DNA of 52,064 nt. It comes from Octopus bimaculoides (Eukaryota). Positions 23,650-35,691 of the stretch are shown in pieces. The notes beneath the pieces were generated by a model. It was not told where the DNA came from. It did not search any database and saw nothing but the letters and a program-made list of their open reading frames with translations. Numbering within the stretch: position 1 is the first letter of the stretch; each line of letters starts with the position of its first letter. The stretch is from positions 143,619,958 through 143,672,021 of the forward strand of contig NC_068983.1 of NCBI RefSeq assembly GCF_001194135.2, read 5' to 3'. The translations under genes were made by a program, and so were the position numbers.

Positions 23650-24735
23650 GACCCATCCCCCCTCAGCAAAAATTAAGTCCAAAAAGCATATCGTTTATGT
23701 CTATACCCCTGCACCCAGTCTGTTTCTGTCAAGCTTTTTCATAACTCCCTTCCTTCTATCACATTTCTAACTACAGCACTATTTACTCAGCTGCTGTAAT
23801 TGTATGAGAGCAGAACTACACATATTTCACTCCTCCTTCCTTTTCATGCTACTAATTCTCCTAGCCTTTGGAACTACTTCCCTTGCTACCCATTTTGCAT
23901 TTTCAGTATCATCCCTTATTCCTTTGTTTTCCACTGAATAACTTACCATATCTGCCAGAAATAGTCCCCTTCCACCTTCAGTTGTCATTTACTAAACCAC
24001 TCCTACATATCTCTAACCTCCACCTCTGTCACTGTGTATCCCTCTCTCTCTACCTCAACATTATCTCCCTATTTCTCTCTCTCTCTCTCTATGGTTTTAT
24101 TATACTGTTGCTTTCCCCCCCCCCCCAACCTACTCTTATGTACTACCATTCATCACCTCCTCAGCCTGGATCCACTCTGAAATTCACCATTGCCCACACA
24201 TCTACTTGTGTTCACCATTTTCTGTATTCACTGCTATCCCCATCTCTAACCATCTACCACTCGCCTTTCACACTTTTGCAAACCTACCCATTCAGCCATC
24301 TTCATTTCTTTGTTCCTATTCTCTCTTATAGCCATCCTCCTGTACCTAGATGGTATACCCTGACACCTCATCACTACCAGCTTTTCTCACTTTTCAATTC
24401 TGGTAGCCATGTATCTCCTCCACCGCAAAACACTTGTTCTTGTTTTTCAGTCATACTTTAGCCTTTCAATACTTTGTATAAAGCCAACACCCCAATACTG
24501 TTCCCCAACTCCTTCAAGATGACTTTCCTTGTGATTTACTTGATCTCTCTAGCACTGGTGTCACTAAAAGGCTCTCAGTTCACTATTGGCATTAGGAAGG
24601 GTATCAAGTGAAAATAAGCATGCCAAAGCATACATTAGAGCTCAATGCAGTCCTCTGGCTCTTCTCATCCTGTTGAACCATCTGTCCAACCCATGTCTGC
24701 AAAAAACAAGGAATTTAAATGATAATGATGATGAA
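23650..24735 (+). mobile_element. Old long RTE-tailed non-autonomous element (pyrimidine-rich body, degenerate tail)
   Basis: C/T-rich body followed by ttggcattaggaaggg...ccaacccatg...gataatgatgatga; explains the spurious 197-aa ORF. Confidence 0.5.
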
Positions 24736-25191
24736 AGTATATATATAGTTATGCATGTATGATTGTGTATGTGGGACTTCCCCCACCTCTCTCTCCAATG
24801 TATTTCAATTAGAAACGTAAACATCAGGGAGAAAACTGAGAAATTGGTGCTTTCAAGCAAAAATAATGTATGGTATTTATTTTATTCAAATTTCACTGAT
24901 GCTTTGTCACTCTAGCCATCATGAATGCATAGAAGCAATGATTGGCTCATTATTAATCAGGTCAATGACATTATTGCTCACGAAATGTGATGTTCATTTT
25001 TTTTTTTTTTTTTAATCAGTGAGCCACATGGATGAGTTTAATTTAGAATTAAGACAAGAATGACACACCATACAACAGACCCAACTGATATCATTATGGA
25101 AAAACAATAATTATGATAGAGGCATCACCACCTCCATCATCACCATCATCATCATCATTATTTTTTTATCTTTATTATTTTATTATTATTA

Positions 25192-25400
25192 GGGTGGTGA
25201 GCTAGCAGAATCATCAGCATGCTGGATGAAATGCTGAGTGGCATTTTGTTTGTTCTGAGCTCAAATTCTGCTGCAGTTAACTTTACCTTTCATTCTTTTA
25301 AGGTCAGTAAGATAAGTACCAGTCAAGCACTGGTGCCAATCTAACCAACTGGCCCCTTCCTACAAAATTTCAAGTCTTGTGCCTATAGTAGAGATGATTA
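25192..25400 (+). mobile_element. SINE, family D (ggtggtgagctagcagaatc...taagtaccag...ggccttgtgcct, (att)n tail)
   Basis: tRNA-like head with tcaaattc B-box-like motif; relatives at 23380-23510 and 43690-44170. Confidence 0.75.
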
Positions 25401-25410
25401 TTATTATTAT

Positions 25411-27041
25411 ATGTTTTGCTTTGTATTTGTACAAGTTGGCTCCAAGTCTCATCCAGAGACCTCAAGAGACAACAAGTTAGAAGTTCATGTTGGTGTTATG
25501 CGTAGGGTGTCATATATTTAGTTTTGCACATGGTATTGTTCTATAGATTGTTTAAGAAACCAAGAAATTTATGAGTTTGTTTTAAAATTTGAGATTACAT
25601 AGACAGTATTTTACATAAGATATGGGCAGTTCCCATGAGCACTATCTTTTGAATTTCTGCCATTTTGGGGTTTCCTGGTATCTGAGCTAGGTAGCAATCA
25701 GCCCCTTTTGCTACCATTCCTAGGGCACCTATGACTACAGGTATTGTTTTAGTTTTGAGGTTCCACATTTTGCTAATTTCTATTTCAAGATCTTTATACT
25801 TGCTCAGTTTTTGGTAGTTCTTGACAGATGCATTTATGTCAATTGGGACAGTCATATCAATGAGGAGGCATGATTTTTGTCTAGCCTATTCGCATCTATC
25901 TTTCTGTCAGTTTGAATAGTGACATTCCAGAGGAGTGAGAGGCGATCATTTTCAAGCACTGGAAATGGTTTGTGTTCCCACCAGTTTTTATCATGGGGCA
26001 GGTCCAGGTTTTTGCAAATTACCCAGTTGATATATTGTGCTGCTCTACTATGCTTGTTGAGATACTCTGTAGGTGCACATGGAGACATGATCAATAGTTT
26101 CATTTTGTTGTTGATATACACATGTTGGGCTACTGCCATTCTTTAATAAACCCTTCTGTTTCTAATTTTAAGCCAGAAGACACTAACCATTGATGGGTAA
26201 GGGCTTTGTAAACATTGACACTATTCGCTCGCTTTGGGTATTTGCCATTGAGAGGATTTTCTTGCCATTTATCAGTAATATCTAAGGCAGCAGTTTTAGC
26301 ACAGCTTTTCATACGCTTAGCTTTTTCTATGCTTCTTTCTAGTACATCTAATTCTGGAATTTGTCGTATTTGGAATTCACTTGTATATTCCGTTGCTTGT
26401 TTTCTTACTGAGTATGATGCTTTCTTGTTTTCATACTTTGAGACAAGTTTTAACATCCAGTCATCAGAGTTTTTCAGGTAGGTGTCTAGGCCAATTGTGG
26501 CAATCTTCATTGTTAATTCCAGTTGTAAAAGTCCACGACTACCCTTTTTTCTTTGCAGGTAAAGTCATTCTATATCTGCCTTAGAGTGGTGCATTCTATG
26601 CATTGTCAACAATTTTTATATTTTTCTATCAAAATTACATATTTCAGTAAGTGACCAGTAAATGGTATTGAAATTGTAAGTCATGACTGGTATGGCCGAA
26701 GTGTTGATCGCTTCGATCCTGTTTCTTGCATTCAGCTGTCTTGAGTATTGCCCTTACCGTGCGATAACATTTTCTTCTGATCCTTTCCCTCATCACTGAA
26801 TGTTTGGTTCCGTCTCCTTCAAATACCCCTAGGTATTTGGAGCTCTCCACTAGTTCTAATTCCTTTATGACATTCTGCTGGTCAAGATTAACATTGGATG
26901 TTTCTGTCATTTTTCCTTTGATAAAGGTAGCTTTTGCACATTTATCGAGGCCAAATTGCATCCTGATGTCATCACTGAATTGTTTAACAGTCGTTAGTAA
27001 GCCCTGTAGTTGTTGGTTATTTTTTTTGCAAAGTGCTTTAA
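25411..27041 (-). mobile_element. 5'-truncated R4/Dong-clade non-LTR retrotransposon (RT C-terminus, RLE domain, 3' UTR, (TAA)n end)
   Basis: FSDDIRMQFGLDKCAKA, KYLGV, HQWL..SGLKLETEGFI, LLWNVTIQTDRKIDANR, KLSKYKDLEIEISKMWNLKTKTIPVVIGALG; frameshifted. Confidence 0.9.
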
Positions 27042-27430
27042 ATTATTGATTTTACTCAAATTCTTATTCCTGGTAGAATTTATGTGGGTAGCAGGTTACT
27101 ACCTGTAACCTTAGCTATCCACAGGCTTTCAATAGTCTTTCAAGTGCTTAAGATCCTCCTGATGATCTTTCCTGGCCTTAAAAGGCAAACTTTCTATAGA
27201 AACTCTACAGGTGCATTCTATCCCAATTTCATTGAACCATTTGTCTATTTCTTTACTTACAGTTCCCAATACACCCATTATTACAGGCACAACTTTTACA
27301 GTTTTCATACTCCAAATTCTTTTAATTTCAAATTTTAAGGGATTATATTTTTTGTTTGTTTTTCATCCTCTTTCTTAACAATCCTGAAATCAAACAGGCA
27401 TGATAGATCAATTAGTAAGCAGCTTTGTTT
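27042..27430 (-). mobile_element. Second R4-clade 3' fragment from a different subfamily, head-to-tail with the first
   Basis: CLLIDLSCLFDFRIVKKEDEK, KYNPLKFEIKRIWSMKTVKVVPVIMGVLGTV; own 3' UTR with hairpin aggttac-aggta-gtaacct. Confidence 0.8.
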
Positions 27431-27832
27431 TATTATTATATAGTTGTTCAACATTTGGTAGTTTGAGGCAAATTTCTACTGCCTCACTTGCTACATCTCC
27501 ATGTTGCTGGGGTGTGTGTTCTTTTCTGTTGTTGGGAGTGTGCAAACTTTTCCCGGTATTGTATTGCATTAGTTTTTCTCTCTTGAGGTGTAGTGCAGTC
27601 TTTTGTTGTATTACTGCTTGTATTGTGTGTTGAGTATGTAATGTGTTGGTTACCTGGATTGCTGGTGAAAGTTTATTTCACTGGATAATTGCTGTATAGA
27701 GGGTGTCTTTTGTTTGTGGGTTGTTTTGTTTAAGTTGTATTATTGAATTGATAGAATCTTGTGTAGATTATTATTATTATTGCCAATTAGTATTTGACTG
27801 GCAAGTTTATGATTATTGTTTTCTATCTACAG

Positions 27833-27924
27833 GAGAACGAAATAAAAAAGGTTGTTTAAATGTCCTTAAAACTTGTGCATTACTTGATAATTTACAAGAT
27901 GCTACCAACTGTAGGAGAGGACAG
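27833..27924 (+). CDS. ASPH: ASPH coding exon
   Basis: tacAG|...cag|GTagga; 92 nt, phase fits previous exon; GERNKKGCLNVLKTCALLDNLQDATNCRRGQ matches CKGAPKTCTLLEKFPETTGCRRGQ. Confidence 0.93.
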
Positions 27925-28673
27925 GTAGGAATATCTTTTTATCAGTACGTCTTGTTGTTATTACATCTTAGGTTCAAGGCATGACTTTAAACTGCATCCA
28001 TTAGTGGGACTCTGGTTTAGGTATCCCAAGGCTTTGAGGAGTGTGGAACCATCTCTTAGCCACAATTGTTCTCAAGTCTTCTCTGACCCAGATTAGTAGC
28101 ACCTGTCAGGGTCCCAGTTATGGGTTAACTAGCATATGTGATGGCATTCCATCTGTGTGTGGGTGCACAGAAATACCCTTGGTTGGTGTCAGGATGTGCA
28201 GTAAAGCCACTTGGTGTGAGGGACTCCTAGCTGTTGTCACAGCATCCTTCTAGTAGGGAGACATTATGATGTAAAAGCTGCAGTTTCATGCGATTAATAC
28301 CTAAGCCTGTCATTGGGTACTAATCACAAGATCTCCAGAGAGTGGTACTTGTGTTGTGCAAGCATTTATCACTATAATCAAATGACATACATGTGTCACT
28401 TTATAGTTACCTCATATTAGAGTGTTTACACTATATACTATGGTGTCTTGTATGCCAGAAAATACAGTATATCATAATTATTAAATTAATAAAACAAAAT
28501 AAAAAGTATTTGTGAAGCATCAAACTTCAAAGATGAACTGAGATGGGGTCAAGACTCACAGAATAATGTTATACTCCAGATTTTTTTAAAACCTTGCTAC
28601 AAATGAAGAATGCATATTAATATATCCATAACACAGGTTTATTTGTAACCATTTTTTTCCTTCTATGTGGCAG

Positions 28674-28804
28674 GTAAAATTTTCCATCATGAAACCAGGT
28701 AGTCATGTATGGCCACATTGTGGTCCAACAAATTGCCGTTTAAGAGCCCATCTTGGCTTAGTAATTCCTGGCGGTGTTAAAATAAGAGTTGGCAATAAAA
28801 CAAG
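28674..28804 (+). CDS. ASPH: ASPH catalytic exon with first Fe-binding His
   Basis: ggcAG|...aag|GTaatg; 131 nt; VKFSIMKPGSHVWPHCGPTNCRLRAHLGLVIPGGVKIRVGNKT(R), hallmark WPHxGPTNCRLRxHLGL. Confidence 0.97.
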
Positions 28805-29239
28805 GTAATGTTTGCTAACTTTTTTTTTTTAGACTTGTTTGATATTTGTTTCATGGATCAAGTGATATAAAGTGCATTCTTCTTCTTCCATGGCTTGGCA
28901 TGTTTTTACATCAACATTGTCAGAAGATTGGAAATGAACAACACCACTTGCGACAGTGGTGCTCATTTACAACTACCACAATGTTAAGACAAGGAAACAC
29001 AAACACACCCATCCACCCACACACAGACACACTCACTACTTGACACACTGTTGGTTTGTTTATGTCCCCGTAACTTAGTACTTCAGTAAAAGTTGGCAAG
29101 GGAGTTTGAATCATCAAAGAAGCTTCTAATGTGGCAATTTGACCTGCTGAAAATAGAAACCAAATTTTCTTTAAATCACACCCTAATACCTTAAAAAAAA
29201 GGGACAAATTGAATAATTTAGTCACACAATACCCGAGAA

Positions 29240-29882
29240 AATGACGGATGTCATAGTTGAAAGACCTTGGATGTATGGTGAAGCACGGCCTGTAAACATT
29301 GAGCCTCGCCGAGGCAATGACTAGTGACTGAAACCTTTAGAGATATGCTGTGCTTGAGAAGACCCAACAAGCCAACTGAGACCATAACCCATGGCCTATG
29401 CCAGCTGACTTATGAGTACCTTTCATTCTTTGGACAATAAACTTTGCTTGTGAAGACATGTTGAGGCAAGTGAAATCAAAATCGCTGACGTGACCAATGA
29501 CAGTACTGTGCCAGTGGCATGTAAAAAGCACCATTCGAGCGTGATCATTGCCAGCGTCACCTTACTGGCACATGATAAACAACATTCGAGCATGGTCATT
29601 GCCAGTGCCGCGTGACTGGCTCCCATGCAGGTAGCACGTAAAAAACACCCTTTGAGCGTGGTTGTGACCAGTACCGCCTGACTGGCCCTCGTGCCGGTGG
29701 CACGTAAAAGCACCTGCTATACTTTTGGAGTGATTGGCATTAGGAAGGGCATCCAGCTGTAGAAACTTTGCCATTGCAGATTGGAGCCTGGTGCAGCCTT
29801 CTGGCTTGCCAGTCCTCAGTCAAACCGCCCAACCCATGCCAGCATGGAAAGCAGATGTTAAACAACGATGATGATGATGATA
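29240..29882 (+). mobile_element. RTE LINE 3' end with tandem-unit 3' UTR and (gat)n tail
   Basis: LSLAEAMTSD...RYAVLEKTQQAN* then ~50-65-nt units ending tggcacgtaaaagcacc, then the SINE-shared core. Confidence 0.85.
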
Positions 29883-30099
29883 ATATTGTACATACATTAA
29901 ATCTATAGTGTGATAGCAGCTTTTGTCTACAAGCAGCTTACATCATTTGACATAAGATGTATATTTTCACAAGTAGGAAAATAAAGATTTAACTTTGCTT
30001 TACTTAAAATTTCAGACACTGGATAGGCAAAGAAATATTTAATAATAAATGTAAATTAACTAAATTAAAATATCTTATATTTTCTTTTTATTCCCTCAG

Positions 30100-30250
30100 G
30101 CATTGGAAAGAAGGGGAATTTTTAATATTTGATGATTCTTTTGAACATGAAGTCTGGCATCAAGGAAAAGGAAACCGAATTGTATTGATTGTCGATTTTT
30201 GGCATCCAGAACTGACGGAACATGAAAAATCTACACTATCACCAATTTAG
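30100..30250 (+). CDS. ASPH: ASPH terminal coding exon with second Fe-binding His and stop
   Basis: cctcAG|; HWKEGEFLIFDDSFEHEVWHQGKGNRIVLIVDFWHPELTEHEKSTLSPI*; TAG at 30248-30250. Confidence 0.97.
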
Positions 30251-32144
30251 AATTTTAGCTTTTTTATATTAATATTTTTATTTTTTTCTTTCTTTTTTTT
30301 TTAGGATTCTAAATAATTGACAATGACTTGCCAAAATATTGAGATTAATTCTTCATCTTAGTTTTGGACAGAGATATTGAGTATATTATTATTCATATTT
30401 TGCTTTCCATTCATATTTTTCTACATTTTAAACCCTATGGTATATTTTTTTCTTTTTTCTGTAAGGAAAAGAATTGTCTTTCAACTTTTTTTTTTCATGT
30501 TTTTCAAGCATGGAAAATAACTTTAAATAGAAAACTGGTCATACAAATAGTATATTAGATCTAAGCATATCACATGTAAAGAACAAATCTAAGGTTTATG
30601 TACATAATGTATGTGGTGTATATATACATATATGTATACAATGTGTATTTTCATGCATTGTTATATGCATATATATGTAGCAACCCAGATTTCACATCCA
30701 CACCTAAAGTTTTTTGTGCAAATTGTTTTGTTTGGCTGACTGTACTCATCAGTGGGCTGAAAATTGTGTGTGTATATGAGTATACACACATGCACATGTG
30801 CACGCATGCACAAATAGACATACACACTAAAGGTGCTAACTAAATTTAGGAAAAAAATTTTCCTTGTCTATGAAAACTATGATACAATCTTAATGAATGT
30901 TTAATTTTTGTTTTCAACACAGTCTAGTCATTTTTTATCTTTTTTTTTAATATAAAATTTCAATCAAAAATCTCAGATTTTATACTTTTTATTACATACT
31001 TCTCACTCTTGGATATTGCAAATAACAAATAATATACACACTTAACATGTATAAAATGATACTTTAAATATTAATTGTGATACATAAGTGTAAGAATGTG
31101 AGATGATACCATCTAAAGTGAGAATGAAGAGACATGAGAATAGAAGGAAAATATAGCTACTGGAATTCTTTTAATTTGTTTTTACTTAAGCCAGACACAT
31201 TACACACTAATATATATCAGTGTGTATAGACATGAACAAAATGTTTAATCTCTTACCAATATGTTTCAAACAACATTAAATCAGTAATTTTTTTGAGATA
31301 TATTAGTTCTAGAATCACTGAATACTTATATTTTATCTATAATATTGAATGAAGACATTTTATTTGCTTTTATAGACTACTATAGATGCCACTGAAACTG
31401 GTTTTTGTAGACCATGTTAATATTTTTTTTTTCTACTCTTAAATTAATTGCTTTATATTATATTGTTCTGAAAGATAATCCTTTACAAGGTATTTTACCT
31501 CACATTCCACATTTAGTTGAAATTATAATAGATTATTATACTAACTAAAATCAGTAACATCTTATAGCATCAGCACACTGTTCAGTTACCTAAGGACCCC
31601 ATAGGTTCCTGGGCAAATGCCCAGTGTGCTGTCAAAAAGTATTATAGGACCCAGTGCATTGGTCTGCCCAGGGGCTTATAATGCTGTTAAGATGTCCCTT
31701 ACTAAAATATAGTTTTACATAAGCCCACTAATCAACATCACCAGTTTTGAAAAAAAAAAAAAGATAGCAACAGTTATTATTATTGTTGTTGTTTAGCCCG
31801 AAGTCTGTTGTGATAAAACAAACCTATGATCAAATACATTCTAGCCATGACTATCAAATTTTCTTTTCCAGACACACGTAAGATTGTATTATCTAATAAC
31901 TCCTTCCACATTTTAAGACAATAGAGTATAATTTGATGGAGATTTAACTGTTATTTCTAACAAGTCGAACAACTCTATAAATTCCTTTGTTGGCTAAAGG
32001 TGGAGTTTGATTTCTCTTTATTTTTTTTATCAGATATACTTCTGTAATATCTTGTTAACACCAGATCAGCTCCTTTTTTTATATCAAATTTCTGGATAAG
32101 GACTTGAAATTGCCTACATTTTGCTATTTCATTTTAAAAACAGT

Positions 32145-32150
32145 AATAAA
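32145..32150 (+). terminator. Candidate ASPH poly(A) signal AATAAA (ATTAAA alternative at 31275-31280)
   Basis: First AATAAA I found downstream of the ASPH stop; GT-rich ttttgttgtgt follows at 32171. Confidence 0.3.
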
Positions 32151-32170
32151 TTTTAAACTACATAATCATC

Positions 32171-32365
32171 TTTTGTTGTGTCTAGGGAGAATCATCATGC
32201 CAATATAATTAACACACACACACTAGTTCAATTCCACTTGTTTATTAAATATCTGATTTTGGGGGTGGGTGGGTGTTGGGGTCAAATCAAATATTTAATA
32301 AATGAGTGGAATTGAACCAGTATGTGTGTTAATTATATTGGTATGACTCTCCCTAGACAACAAAA
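32171..32365. mobile_element. Fold-back (MITE-like) element with ~85-bp imperfect inverted arms and G-rich spacer
   Basis: ttttgttg..tctagggaga..ccaatataattaacacac..ttcaattccact..ttattaaatat mirrored in reverse complement; no clear TSD seen. Confidence 0.75.
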
Positions 32366-33589
32366 TTTGTTTCAACACACAAATTCACATAAAGAATCTT
32401 GCAAACCAAATACAAAAATGAAGTATATAATCATCTATTTTAGAAATTAAAAAGTCTTAAAATAAGGATTTCTTTTTTGTTTAGATAGGAATCTAAACAA
32501 AAATTATGACAGGGAAGTGTCATAATCATTTGAACCAGCCTTAGTATATTCTACATTTTAATTCCAGTTGCCAGGAAAGTATCAAATATTAAAAATTGGT
32601 ATATCCAATTGTGTTACACTGCTAAATTCAGTGGCTATTTAAGCAATGTTTGGGATGGTTCAGTGGGTTGGATGTGGTGCTGAAGGAGCAATAACTCCTG
32701 AAATATGCATATACACCCATTACCTATTTTTCTATCTTCAATTGCATTGTTTGCAGACACATTTATATATGAAATGTTATAACTCACAATGCTGGCACTA
32801 ATTTCTATAGAAAATCTCTAGAGATACCTTTAAAAAGTGATTCTACATTTTACACATTAAAATACTGTTGTATAAAAATAATATTCTTCTATTTCAAAGA
32901 TTTTGAATATTCAGCAGACATGTAAAAGTTCTATGCTAAATCATGCAAAATAGCAGGCATCAATCTTACTTTTTCCAACTTGAAAGTATTTATTACATTC
33001 TTAATATTTTATTTCCGCTGCATTTAGTTTGGATTATTTAATTTTTGTTTTCAAGTGGTCACATTTAAATTTTGGCTTTTCTCCACAATTATAACTCTTT
33101 GTTTTAATTATGAGGATATAATGAAAACCCAAACAATGTACATTTAAAATATTAGATATATTTTCTATATCCTACAGTACATCAACTCATAAGAAAATTA
33201 CAAACAAATTACCATTATTCCTAACCATGACATCTTTTCCCTCCATTCAGATGAGTCTATTTCATAAAAATATTTTTTGTTTTTGTTGGGTTTTTTATCA
33301 GAATATATTTACAATTTAAAAACAAACAAAAAAAAAAGAAAAAAAATTTGACAAGTAGAACAATTTTTCTATCATAAATTCAGTATATTGAATTTATTTC
33401 TTCAGTTGCTTTTATAAATTTCTATTAAAATTTATTGTTCATTGATTAATTTACTTTATATATATATATATATGTATGTCCTTTTTTTTCATTTTCTTCG
33501 TATACCTTAACTAAACACATATGTTGAAAATGGAATGCTTTTAACATAATGTGCAACTTAATCTTGTTAATTTGATATCTGGAAAACAG

Positions 33590-33590
<1 letters not shown>

Positions 33591-33622
<32 letters not shown>

Positions 33623-33792
33623 GTTTAACGTCCGCTTTCCATGCTAGCATGGGTTGGACGATTTGACTGAGGACTGGTGAAACCGGATGGCAACACCAGG
33701 CTCCAATCTGATTTGGCAGAGTTTCTACAGCTGGATGCCCTTCCTAACGCCAACCACTCAGAGAGTGTAGTGGGTGCTTTTACGTGTCACCC
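33591..33792 (-). mobile_element. Young RTE-tailed SINE (family A)
   Basis: Differs from the 46711-46894 copy at 1 position over the shared core. Confidence 0.9.
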
Positions 33793-33979
33793 AGATATTA
33801 GTAAGAAAGGCAATTATGCTAAAACATTTATTATAATTATAAATGAAGTTACTCATTTATTTCTTCATCTCTTAATGATAATTTACTTAGACTCAATGCA
33901 TTTAATATTACTCTTCAAATTTTGAAACTGGCGCCTGCACATTTCATTTCCTATAAATATAAATATGTATATATCATCA

Positions 33980-34278
33980 AGGGCACATGGCTTGGTGGTT
34001 AGGGTGTTGCATTCATGATCTGGTGATTGTGATTTTGATTCCTAGACTGGGTGGTGCATTGTGTTCTTGAGCAAAATACTTCACTTCATGTTGCTCTGTG
34101 ATCACTTTGACACTTGTTGTGTAGTACACTGTGCACCTGTTCAGACAATGTCGATTTGATGGAGAGAGTGAGCTAATGCGCTGCATGAACATTTGATCAC
34201 TATAAACAAATCATATGTGCAGGTCATTCAGCAAAAGCTGAATGCTCATACATCATCTTCAATAGGAGAGTTCCATCA
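33980..34278 (+). mobile_element. tRNA-derived SINE, family E
   Basis: ggcacatggcttggtggttagggtgtt head, ttgattcct B-box-like, gtgttcttgagcaaaatactt central motif. Confidence 0.65.
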
Positions 34279-35438
34279 AATATATCATCACCATCATCAT
34301 TTAACATCCATATCCCATGCTTGCATAGGTTGAACAGTTCAGCATGATCTGTCTAACCAGAGAGTACCAATGTCCTCATTGACAAAGTGTCTTCAGCTAG
34401 ATGCCCATCCTAGTGCTGTCACAGGAAAAGCACCCAGTACACTCTGTACAATGGTTGACATTAGAAAAACATTCAGCCATAGAAACTATGCCAAAGCAAA
34501 TATTGGACACCTAGTGACATCTGCAGCATAAAAATTTAATAGGAAAATGAGAACTATCATCATTCATTCATGTACTAAACAATTAATTTTAATTAATCAA
34601 AATCATAGCTTCAATAATCACATCATAATATCACCATTTAATGCCTGTTTTCCATGCTGGCATGGTTGGATGGATCAACAGGAGATGACAAGCTAGAGGA
34701 ATGTGCCAAACCCCAATATCTGCTTTGACATGGTTTCTATGGCTGATGCCCTTCCTGATGCCAATCACTTAACAGAGTGTATCAGGTGCTTTCTACATGG
34801 CACTGGCACCAGTGAGGTCACAAGTAACTCGCAAAACAAGGGGTGTAACAGATGTCTTGCTGTAGAGGAAATACATGGTTAAGAAGAATTATTTTCTATA
34901 TGGTTAATTTTAGAAGGCTATTTTAATGAACTGGTACTTATTTTATGAACCCCAGTAAGTTTTTATACTCAGAACAAGTAGGGATGTAACTAGGTACCCC
35001 CAGGCATTTTGTCTGTAGTTCTACCAATTCTGCCAAATAATAATTCACTATCATTTTAACATCCATTCTTTCATACTCTGTGGGTCATACAGAATTTCTT
35101 GACAGATTTTCTGTAGCCTGATGCCATGCCTATCACCAACCCTCACCTGTTTCCATGTAGGGTAATATTTCTCCATGACTAGACATGTTTTCATGGAATA
35201 CTGGAAATGAAAGATACTAACTGCATGATGGCGACACTTATTTACAACTATCATGCAAAGTGAATACATGTAGACAGAAACACACACACACACACACATA
35301 TATACAATGGTCTTCTCTCAGTTTCCATCTGTCAAATCTACTCACAAGGTTTTGGTAAGCCAGAGGTTACAGAAGTAGACACTTGCCCAAGGAGTAAAAA
35401 AAGAAAAAAAAAATGTTTTTACTACAAAATGTTTCAAA

Positions 35439-35444
35439 TTTATT
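35439..35444 (-). terminator. Candidate RFC1 poly(A) signal AATAAA
   Basis: About 160 nt downstream of the RFC1 stop, followed on minus by a U-rich tract. Confidence 0.5.
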
Positions 35445-35601
35445 CAAATTATCCTCAACGAGGAAAAAAAAGAGAGAGAGAGAAAGAAAAAAAGAGCAAA
35501 ATTAATGTCAAATCAATGACAGCTTCAAAATGGAGCAAACACATTTTGCTGCTGAAAACAATGTTCATGATTCAATAATTAAAAGAATCGAAAGGAGTCT
35601 G

Positions 35602-35691
35602 CTACAATGAGCTTTTAGACTGTCCTTTGCCTTTGCCTTTGCCTTTCCCTTTACTAGCATTCGTCTTCTCAGAACTTTTCTTTGCCGACTT
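35602..35691 (-). CDS. RFC1: RFC1 terminal coding exon (Lys-rich tail) with stop
   Basis: tgcAG|; 90 nt; KSAKKSSEKTNASKGKGKGKGKGQSKSSL*, similar to the human KGKGKSSKK end. Confidence 0.88.
   Translation of the reverse strand, partial: KSAKKSSEKTNASKGKGKGKGKGQSKSSL

Noticed and set aside
23868-24461. 197-aa ORF, the longest gap-free ORF
   Set aside because: TTG start, low-complexity L/S/P/H/F composition from a pyrimidine-rich repeat body, no recognisable domain.
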